Source: a virus | Length of the DNA: 64,000 nt | Virus record (IMG/VR): IMGVR_UViG_3300020112_000969 | Coordinates: 7,438-71,437 of that record | Strand: one strand, 5' to 3' | Shown: piece after piece, positions 56,945-64,000 of the stretch | Numbering within the stretch: position 1 is the stretch's first letter | Layout of the letters: the number at the start of each line of letters is the position of its first letter | Notes under the pieces: model-generated | Told to the model about the DNA's origin: nothing | Databases searched by the model: none | What the model saw: the letters and a program-made list of their open reading frames with translations, nothing else | Made by a program: the position numbers and the translations under genes

Positions 56945-57195
56945 TGCCAAATACCGTTGCATTTGACCAGTCCAGATACAGGTCGGACGAAGATATGTGG
57001 AGCAATATCACTATGCTCCTCCGTTCTCTTTGCGATGCTGGCTGCGTCAGCATGGTGCGCTATGAGGACGCAGGTATTTACGTCGTGGAATTTGCGAGCG
57101 CAGACCAGTCTCTCGGCGATGTCTACCCGTATTGGCTGACGCCGGAGCAATTTGAGACCGTTGTGTTTGACAAAGAGGAGGAAACTGATGTTTGA
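56944..57195 (+). CDS. hypothetical protein
   Basis: In frame with track ORF 56854..57195; ATG overlaps the upstream stop. Confidence 0.3.
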   Translation: MPNTVAFDQSRYRSDEDMWSNITMLLRSLCDAGCVSMVRYEDAGIYVVEFASADQSLGDVYPYWLTPEQFETVVFDKEEETDV

Positions 57196-57343
57196 GTATG
57201 ACTACTGCTTCTGTACAAGCGAGAAGTGCGAGCACACAGAGTGCTTCCGGCACCGAAGCCGTATGCCGACAGACATACCAATCACCGTTTCTAACTTTGA
57301 AAAAGACAAGAAAATGTGTGAAGCGTCTCTGCTTCACAGCAGC

Positions 57344-57377
57344 AAGAGAGCCGACTAACCGTCGGCTCTCTTTTCAT
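57344..57377 (+). terminator. rho-independent terminator
   Basis: 12-bp stem AAGAGAGCCGAC/GTCGGCTCTCTT, loop TAACC, then TTTTCAT. Confidence 0.55.
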
Positions 57378-57616
57378 TAGGAGTGATACCGTTTGCCAGT
57401 TGTAAAAAATCTTCCGAAATCTGAGTCCGGTGTCGGGATACTGTGCAAATACAAGGGAGAACAGTATCAGATATCGCAGAATCCGGAAAAGATCAAGGGT
57501 CGGTTTACCCTTTGGAAAATTACATCGAGCGGATACGAAAGGCTGCAAAGCGCAGACGATACCGTCACGCTCGAAAACATTGTGTTTCAGCAGAAAAAGA
57601 AAGGGAGTGAAGATAT

Positions 57617-58039
57617 ATGACAAACCAATGGAATATAGGATCTACAACAGTCGCTTCTTCTAAAGATTTTGCAAGAGAGTACCACACGAGATGGAACGGT
57701 GAAGGATCAACTGCAAACGTTATTTACAACGCGTTTAATGCAGGAGCGTTAAATGCTGCATCGGAAAATCGCATCGACAATCTTGAAAGAAATCTTTACG
57801 AACTTACGACCGAAGTAAAAAGACTGCAGATTTTAGAAAGCGACCATCATAATTATATTCTTGGGGAACTCAAAATGAATACCGATTCGTTCGTTGGTCT
57901 TGCTTCACTCCTCCATAGGCTTCTGGGGGAGCTCAAGGAGTCGAATGAGAGAGGTGCGCCTCTCAACATCCAGACATACGACGTCGCTCTTACAGAGCTG
58001 TTCGGAGATCTTTATACAGACGGAAAGGAGAAAGCATGA
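57617..58039 (+). CDS. hypothetical protein
   Basis: ORF track. Confidence 0.35.
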   Translation: MTNQWNIGSTTVASSKDFAREYHTRWNGEGSTANVIYNAFNAGALNAASENRIDNLERNLYELTTEVKRLQILESDHHNYILGELKMNTDSFVGLASLLHRLLGELKESNERGAPLNIQTYDVALTELFGDLYTDGKEKA

Positions 58040-58115
58040 AGAGAGCAGAAAGAAACACGACCGTTATGGTCGTCATCATCCTCGTCGCGATGTTGCTTCT
58101 TGCGGTGAAGACGAT

Positions 58116-58727
58116 ATGACGCAGCACGTCAGCATATCCAGCGGGAACAGCAAGCTCGGCAGTATCTCAAGCGTATCTCTTCCGGCAGGCGGCACTTGCA
58201 TTTCATGCGAGTGTAACGAAAAGTGTTATGCAAAGAAGCTTGAGAGAATTCGGCCAAGCGTACGAGAGGCGTATCAGCGCAATCTTTTCCTTCTTAAAAA
58301 CGATCCGGAAACCTATTGGCGTGAGGTAGAAGCTGCCGTCATGATGAGCCGGTTTTTCCGCTTCCATGTTTCCGGTGACATACCGGATTACGAATATCTT
58401 CTCAGGATGTTTGATATTGCCAAGAGAAACCAGCATTGCGAGATCCTGTGCTTTACCAAACGGTACTCCTTCGTCAATCACTATTATTCCATTCATTTTA
58501 ACTCCGACATCCCAAAGAATTTACATATCATTCTGAGCGGCTGGAGGAATTTGAAAATGGACAATCCCTATCATCTGCCAGAGGCTCATGTGCGTTATCG
58601 CGACGGCACAACGACAGCGAGAGAGGATGCCATACCTTGTGGTGGGAACTGCAGCGAATGTGCCTGCACGGACTCAGGGTGCTGGACGCTTCAGAAAGGA
58701 CAACAGGTGATTTTTGATGAGCACTGA
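58116..58727 (+). CDS. hypothetical Cys-motif protein (possibly phage Gp37/Gp68-like)
   Basis: GGTCISCECNEKCYA near the N-terminus recalls the NP.GC...S.GC..CYA of that family. Confidence 0.3.
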   Translation: MTQHVSISSGNSKLGSISSVSLPAGGTCISCECNEKCYAKKLERIRPSVREAYQRNLFLLKNDPETYWREVEAAVMMSRFFRFHVSGDIPDYEYLLRMFDIAKRNQHCEILCFTKRYSFVNHYYSIHFNSDIPKNLHIILSGWRNLKMDNPYHLPEAHVRYRDGTTTAREDAIPCGGNCSECACTDSGCWTLQKGQQVIFDEH

Positions 58728-59322
58728 TCAGAGAAAGCTTTATATTGCCGACTGGCATTACGGGCACAAAAATGCGATCGCGTTTGATAACCGTCCGTTT
58801 TCCAATACGGATGATATGGATGCAGAGCTTGTGCGCCGCTGGAATGAAGCGGTGCGTCCGTGCGACAGCGTCTATGTCATCGGTGATATGTTCTGGTGCA
58901 CAGAGGACAAGGCGCTCCCGATTCTCAAGGAGCTCAACGGGCAGAAGTTTCTGATACGCGGCAATCACGACAGGAACAACAACAGCAAATTTATCCACCA
59001 GTTTGCTAAGGTAAGCGGGTATATGGAGGTAGATGATAACGGGAACCGTATCGTTCTGTGCCACTACCCTATCCCATGCTTCAAGAACCATATGTACGGT
59101 TGGTATCACTTCTATGGCCATGTCCATACATCTCTTGAGTGGAACATCACGCAAAAGTGCATATCCGACCTGATCGCTACGGAAAACGCGCCGTGCAACG
59201 CAATCAATGTCGGCGCGATGATGCCGTATATGGACTATACACCACGCACCTTTGAAGAAATCGCCGCGCATATCCCTCAGTTTGTCAAGATTGACTACGG
59301 AAAGGAAGATGATGTCACATGA
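58714..59322 (+). CDS. metallophosphoesterase (YfcE-like)
   Basis: Motifs DWHYGH, GDMF, GNHD, GHVH. Confidence 0.6.
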   Translation: MMSTDQRKLYIADWHYGHKNAIAFDNRPFSNTDDMDAELVRRWNEAVRPCDSVYVIGDMFWCTEDKALPILKELNGQKFLIRGNHDRNNNSKFIHQFAKVSGYMEVDDNGNRIVLCHYPIPCFKNHMYGWYHFYGHVHTSLEWNITQKCISDLIATENAPCNAINVGAMMPYMDYTPRTFEEIAAHIPQFVKIDYGKEDDVT

Positions 59323-60467
59323 TCTACTTAGACAGCGCTGCCACAACGAAGATGTCTGACAGCGTTTTAGATGCCATGCTCCCATACTTAAAAGAGCAGT
59401 ATGGAAATCCGGGCACGATGTACAGCATCGGCAGAGATGCAGCAAAGGCTGTGGAGCGTGCACGAAATCAAGTCGCTTCTTTCTTTCGTGCAAAGCCGGA
59501 GAACATCATCTTCACCTCCGGCGGCAGTGAAGGAAACAGCATGGTCATTGGAAGCTACGGAATGAACGGAGGAATTTCCGCTTCATACACCGGTCATGAT
59601 AGTGCGCTTTTTGCAGCAGGATATTGCACGGAGTTAGAGCGGCTCACGCTGATATCTCCCGGCACAGACGGATGCATCGGCGCGGAAGAGGTCAATGAGT
59701 CACTCGATGGAAAAACAGAGCTTGTGTCAGTTGAGTATGTCAACAACGAGACTGGCGTGCAGAACGATATTGAATCGATTGGCAGGCTATGCCGTGAAAA
59801 AGATATCCGTCTCCACTGCGACTGCGTGCAGGCGGCTGGAAATCTGAAGCTCGACATGGAAAAGCTTCCGATCGACTACGCTACGATATCTGCTCATAAG
59901 ATACACGGCCCGAAGGGTGTCGGTGCGCTCTATGCAAGAAACCGCGATGCACTATCGTCCATCGTATTTGGCGGTCTGCATCAGGAATACGGACTGCGCG
60001 GCGGCACGGAAAATGTCGCCGGCATCGTCGGTCTCGGGCAAGCGTGCGAGGAAGCTGACAGAGATATGCACGACAATATTTTGAAAATTTCTCTTATGAA
60101 ACAAGGTTTTTGTGCGAATCTTTGCCGTGCGTTTGAAAAGGACAATTTCAGCGGAACCGGCATCACGCCGAATTTCGGCAGCCACTTTACACCGGGCAAA
60201 ATTCTTTCCCTCTCCATTGACGGCGTGTATGCGCAGTCGCTTGTCCTGATGATGGACGCTCTCGGAATCTGCATCAGCGCAGGAAGTGCGTGTCATTCAC
60301 AGGAGGATACGCCGAGCCGTGTTTTGAAGGAATGCGGCTTTGACGATATGCGTGCAAGGTCTACTGTGCGCATCTCTTTTGACCCAAGCAACACAGAAGA
60401 AGAAATCAAACAGGCAGCCGCCGCGATGGCAGGCTGCATTACAACTCTCAGATCGCAAACAGCATAA
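59319..60467 (+). CDS. cysteine desulfurase (NifS/IscS-like, class V aminotransferase)
   Basis: YLDSAATT; SAHKIHGPKGVGALY (PLP Lys); SAGSACHS active-site Cys loop. Confidence 0.8.
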   Translation: MIYLDSAATTKMSDSVLDAMLPYLKEQYGNPGTMYSIGRDAAKAVERARNQVASFFRAKPENIIFTSGGSEGNSMVIGSYGMNGGISASYTGHDSALFAAGYCTELERLTLISPGTDGCIGAEEVNESLDGKTELVSVEYVNNETGVQNDIESIGRLCREKDIRLHCDCVQAAGNLKLDMEKLPIDYATISAHKIHGPKGVGALYARNRDALSSIVFGGLHQEYGLRGGTENVAGIVGLGQACEEADRDMHDNILKISLMKQGFCANLCRAFEKDNFSGTGITPNFGSHFTPGKILSLSIDGVYAQSLVLMMDALGICISAGSACHSQEDTPSRVLKECGFDDMRARSTVRISFDPSNTEEEIKQAAAAMAGCITTLRSQTA

Positions 60468-60476
60468 CGAAATAGC

Positions 60477-61118
60477 TTGTCACAGCACACATTTTCTGTT
60501 ATAATTAAATACCACACGGCAGAGGAGGTGATGCGTGTGGAGCCAGCACTATGTTTGATGTTTTGGTTGCTCGTCCTCGGTATAAACAGTCTTGTAAGAT
60601 ACCTCAAGAGCGACTTATTTAAGATTGCTTGTTCAGTGAAGGAAACTCATAAAATAAAAGAAGAAGATATCTTGGCTTTTATTGGTTGTATCAGCCGCGA
60701 CATTGAGGAAAAGTATGATAATATGCCAATGCGTGATTTGGAGAATCAGCTTTACGATGTTATCTCAATGCTAAAAGAGGCAAACGGAGGCGAGTTTGCA
60801 CACGATTATTATGGAGACTGGAAGCGGTTTCTTATAAGGCTTGCCATGGCAAAGATAGGCTGTGTCTATAGTGTTGACAGCAACATGGGCGGCGCAAGCC
60901 TTTGGCTCAGCCCTCGCTTTCTGAACATAAACGGATTGAAAGCGTATTATCTGTGGTTAGACCAACAGATGTATTTGAATGGCAGGCCGTATTACCTGAT
61001 CAGGACAAGAAGCGGATGCGTCTGTTGGGATATGACAACAGACCTGCTGAAAAATGGCAAGGTGTATTATTCCAGAGTTAACGCGGTAGAAGAAGTACAA
61101 AAAGCGCAAAGAAAGTAG
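60477..61118 (+). CDS. hypothetical protein
   Basis: ORF track. Confidence 0.35.
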   Translation: MSQHTFSVIIKYHTAEEVMRVEPALCLMFWLLVLGINSLVRYLKSDLFKIACSVKETHKIKEEDILAFIGCISRDIEEKYDNMPMRDLENQLYDVISMLKEANGGEFAHDYYGDWKRFLIRLAMAKIGCVYSVDSNMGGASLWLSPRFLNINGLKAYYLWLDQQMYLNGRPYYLIRTRSGCVCWDMTTDLLKNGKVYYSRVNAVEEVQKAQRK

Positions 61119-61128
61119 AAAAGAGGTA

Positions 61129-61365
61129 ATGCCTTTGAACAAGGCAAGAAGAGAGATCCTGCGGCATGCGCAGGATCATTTAACCATCGCAAAAGGGTAT
61201 CTTGTTTCTGCAAAGGATCAGGAACAGGACGCCATGGACAATGTGCCGGAAGGTCTTCAGGAGTCTGAACGGTATGATAAAATGGACTCCGCTGTCGACA
61301 AAATGGACGACGCACTGTCCGACATCGAAGAAGCACAGCGCTGCATCAATGCGGCTATGGAGTAA
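61129..61365 (+). CDS. hypothetical protein
   Basis: ORF track. Confidence 0.3.
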   Translation: MPLNKARREILRHAQDHLTIAKGYLVSAKDQEQDAMDNVPEGLQESERYDKMDSAVDKMDDALSDIEEAQRCINAAME

Positions 61366-61377
61366 TAAGGAGAAGCA

Positions 61378-61683
61378 ATGACAATACCTGAATATGAAGA
61401 ATACGAGCGTTTATCACCAGAGGAATATCAAAATATCAGAAGTGTGATCAACTCGCTCACGTCTGCTCTGTCCTTGTTCTCACCGAGCGACATCGATGTT
61501 GCGCTGCATGAAAGCGAAGGCTACGCCATCATTTCAGTTCAGTGCTATTCCATTTCCATCCATCACGAGGACATGGATGCGTTTTGTGATATGCTCGGAA
61601 AGATCGAGTGGTTTTCCGCCCGCACAGATGGCGGCGAAGAACCTATGATTTGTTCGTTCCTCGTAAAACTCAACAAAAAATAA
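61378..61683 (+). CDS. hypothetical protein
   Basis: ORF track. Confidence 0.3.
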   Translation: MTIPEYEEYERLSPEEYQNIRSVINSLTSALSLFSPSDIDVALHESEGYAIISVQCYSISIHHEDMDAFCDMLGKIEWFSARTDGGEEPMICSFLVKLNKK

Positions 61684-61722
61684 CAAGATACTTGTATATA
61701 ATAACATTTTTTCACAAAGTTC

Positions 61723-61751
61723 TTGACAATATAGAACACTCGTTCTATTAT
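61723..61751 (+). promoter_or_regulatory. consensus-like promoter TTGACA - 17 nt - TATTAT with palindromic operator AGAACACTCGTTCT in the spacer
   Basis: Seen in sequence upstream of ORF 61832..62143. Confidence 0.5.
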
Positions 61752-61831
61752 TATGCCAAGCCGACCAGAGAGCTGCATCACGGCTCTCTGGTCTTTTTCT
61801 CTCAAGAAATAAACAAAAAGAAAGGAGATAG

Positions 61832-62143
61832 TTGATGACCGCTGATTTGAAACAGCTTCAGTCGTATCTGAAACGACACGTACCGACAGGAATTGTTTTT
61901 TCGCAAGAGGATCAAAACGATAACCTCTTCACTACGATCCGCGTCCACCATCGGTATGAAAATATTTTTATTGATTTACCCGAAGGAGCCATCTATCTTC
62001 TTGACTCCTCCGGAAATCAAATTGGTTTTCACTTCGTGTCTTTTGTTGAGATCACGAAGCATTCTTCGTTCGAGACCGTTCTTATCCACTGTCTCGAGCC
62101 TATACATAATCAGGAGGATATTTACAAAGTTCTTATCATTTAG
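61832..62143 (+). CDS. hypothetical protein (possible antitoxin/regulator partner)
   Basis: ORF track; directly upstream of the MazF-like ORF. Confidence 0.35.
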   Translation: MMTADLKQLQSYLKRHVPTGIVFSQEDQNDNLFTTIRVHHRYENIFIDLPEGAIYLLDSSGNQIGFHFVSFVEITKHSSFETVLIHCLEPIHNQEDIYKVLII

Positions 62144-62156
62144 GCAATATTTTACT

Positions 62157-62185
62157 TGACATCTCTGTCATGCGGTGATATTATA
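62157..62185 (+). promoter_or_regulatory. consensus-like promoter TTGACA - 17 nt - TATTAT
   Basis: Seen in sequence upstream of 62233..62676. Confidence 0.55.
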
Positions 62186-62232
62186 ACTGTATAGTCTCCT
62201 GATATGAATGATGATATAAGGAGACATCGGTC

Positions 62233-62676
62233 ATGGAAAATAAGAATCAGAGAGAGAATTTATGTCCTCGTATCGGTGAAGTTTATATGATGTACTTCAA
62301 CGGGGACGGCTGCGCACAGGACGGATGGCGACCCGGAGTCGTTTTCCAGAACAACGTCGGAAACGAATACAGCCCGAACATTATCGCTCTTCCACTTACC
62401 TCTTCCATCAAGAAGACGACGCAGCCAACGCACGTCATCCTACGGGCAAGCGACACATCGCTTCAGCGTGACAGCATGGTGCTGTGTGAAAATCCGGAGC
62501 GTATGCCGAAGGAGCGTGTCGGTCGGTTTATCACAACGCTCAGCAATGCGTACATGAAGGAAATTGCCTGCGCGAATCTTCTGGCTACGTCTGCCGTGTC
62601 TTTCCTTGACGCACAGACACTCCTCTCTGTTTTCAATCGCGCGTCTAAGCTGAATGCTGTGCGAGCCACCGTTTGA
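62233..62676 (+). CDS. MazF/PemK-like endoribonuclease toxin candidate
   Basis: IGEVYMMYF...RPGVVFQNNVGNEYSPNIIALPLTSS...PTHV...MVLCENPERMP parallels the GDIY.VDF...RPALVVS......VIVAPITS...PTHV...VVLCDQIRT pattern. Confidence 0.5.
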   Translation: MENKNQRENLCPRIGEVYMMYFNGDGCAQDGWRPGVVFQNNVGNEYSPNIIALPLTSSIKKTTQPTHVILRASDTSLQRDSMVLCENPERMPKERVGRFITTLSNAYMKEIACANLLATSAVSFLDAQTLLSVFNRASKLNAVRATV

Positions 62677-62682
62677 CAAGGG

Positions 62683-63648
62683 GTGAGAGATGTGTACAAT
62701 GAGGAACGCAAGTTAAAGTTCATCAAGGAAAAGTTCACAAGCGAAGCCGCGGCTATGGTGTTATACAGCACGTTCAACACGTTTGCCCCTTATGAGGAAA
62801 AATGGGGCGCAGATCTTTGCACAAGAAGCGCCGCGGATCTTCAGCCAATACTCGACTCGTCCGGCAGGATGTCTCGTGGCAAGAAAGCGTATGTCAGCAC
62901 TGTCAAAAAGTACGTATTATGGTGCATCGATCAAGGAATCGAGGATGTAAACAACGACGCTCTTTCCGTTAAGTTTATGGCTGACAAGGATCTTGTCAGA
63001 CAGAAAACAAGAGACACCATGTTCGCATCTCCTCTTCATCTGCAGACCGTTATGGACACGATATTTGAGAGCGAGGATGAAGAAACAGCAGATCTTGCCT
63101 ACAGAGCGTGCCTATGGCTCATCTATTCCGGAGTCGATCCAAACGACGTCGAAATCGTGTTGTCAAGCGATATTGACCTTCGCGATATGACCATTCATTA
63201 CGATGGACGATACCTCCCTATTTACCGCGAGGCGATGCGCTCCATCCGTTTGTGTGTGGAAAACGAGTCGTTCCGCTTCATCCATCCGATCCACGGTGAA
63301 GTTCGTCCACGTGCGCGCATTGATGGGAAAGAGCTTCTGCGCTCCTATAAAGGTGTCGTCTCCACTTATACTGTGCGCATCCAGTCTCACAAGAGGAAGG
63401 AACGCGCAAAGAGCAACGGCGACTTCGTTCTTCGCGAAATCACGCCGAAGGCTGTCTATGAATCCGGTTTGTTCTACCGTGCGTATGAAAAGGAATGCGC
63501 CGGAATTATTCCTGATTTCAAAGACGAGCTTTTAAGAAGATATGTACGGCGCAACAAAAATGTCTGTTTGAGCGAATACGGATTGTCATGCGCTGTCCAA
63601 AGGAAAAAAGAAGACTATCTCATGTGGAAGGATGCATTCCACGGATAA
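62683..63648 (+). CDS. hypothetical protein
   Basis: ORF track; GTG start; 321 aa. Confidence 0.35.
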   Translation: MRDVYNEERKLKFIKEKFTSEAAAMVLYSTFNTFAPYEEKWGADLCTRSAADLQPILDSSGRMSRGKKAYVSTVKKYVLWCIDQGIEDVNNDALSVKFMADKDLVRQKTRDTMFASPLHLQTVMDTIFESEDEETADLAYRACLWLIYSGVDPNDVEIVLSSDIDLRDMTIHYDGRYLPIYREAMRSIRLCVENESFRFIHPIHGEVRPRARIDGKELLRSYKGVVSTYTVRIQSHKRKERAKSNGDFVLREITPKAVYESGLFYRAYEKECAGIIPDFKDELLRRYVRRNKNVCLSEYGLSCAVQRKKEDYLMWKDAFHG

Positions 63649-63752
63649 CAGAATATATTCCATCGTTTACCAGAACCGGGTAACAAGCTAACGCTTGGAC
63701 TCGGTTCTTTTATTTTTCTCTGGTAAAGTAAAACATTTGCAAGGAGGTTATC

Positions 63753-64000
63753 TATGGCAAAAGAAACAGCACAGCAAGAAACTCTCACGCAAAAGCTCGC
63801 GAAGATCCGAAAAATGACAGAGGTCGTGGAAAAGGATAAGGCAGGTTTTTCCTACCGATATGTTTCCGCCGCAGAGCTTTTGGCTCATGTGACGGCAGGC
63901 ATGAACAAGTACCACATTTCCCTTATCCCCTCTATCGTTCCGGACACAGCAAGCGTAACTCCCTATTCCTATCAGAAGGTCAAGATGCTCAAGGACGGAA
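63753..64000 (+). CDS. Erf/Rad52-like single-strand annealing protein candidate, N-terminal part (runs off window end)
   Basis: RBS AAGGAGG then ATG. KLAKIRKMTEVVEKDKAGFSYRYVSAAELLAHV resembles the Erf N-terminus (KLAKIQ..L....KN..G.Y.YRS.EDILEAV). No stop before the window end. Confidence 0.4.

Overview
The window is a contiguous piece of a tailed-phage (siphovirus-like) genome or prophage. Gram-positive-type ribosome-binding sites (AGGAGG-like) precede most genes.

Bases 1-24476 lie almost entirely on the minus strand. They form a late/packaging block in which most calls are positional: a tape-measure N-terminus running off the window edge, tail chaperone-like ORFs, a RusA-like resolvase inserted in the tail region, a major tail protein, head-tail connector ORFs, a major capsid protein, a protease/scaffold-like ORF, a portal, a large and a putative small terminase. 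Upstream of the small terminase on the same strand come an HU-like protein, a Xer-like tyrosine recombinase, a metallophosphoesterase, an 897-aa protein with a DFDGD motif, a P-loop ATPase and, last, a tyrosine integrase with its own terminator.

Bases 24480-25190 are a non-coding control or att-like region with operator-like palindromes, followed by a high-GC island encoding a sigma-70 region-4 protein.

From about 26.9 kb to the window end everything is on the plus strand: a long early/accessory region of many small ORFs. It contains a cluster of three canonical tRNAs plus two degenerate tRNA-like elements, thyX, a paralogous family of small proteins sharing a C-terminal tail motif, two N6-adenine methyltransferases, an SPFH protein, glyA, a NifS-like cysteine desulfurase, three more phosphoesterases, a MazF-like module and a partial Erf-like annealing protein.

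Two adjacent systems stand out. The first is a ubiquitin-like conjugation operon (37824-41214): beta-grasp Ubl, a large Cys-containing protein, a JAB/MPN protease and an E1, in the same gene order as Bil defence systems. The second is a retron-type reverse transcriptase (42440-43579) flanked by at least three modular, inverted-repeat-bounded non-coding elements that share a 74-bp conserved 5' module.

CDS coordinates follow the supplied ORF track, with starts refined by RBS where stated. Coordinates of non-CDS features were hand-counted and may be off by 1-2 nt.
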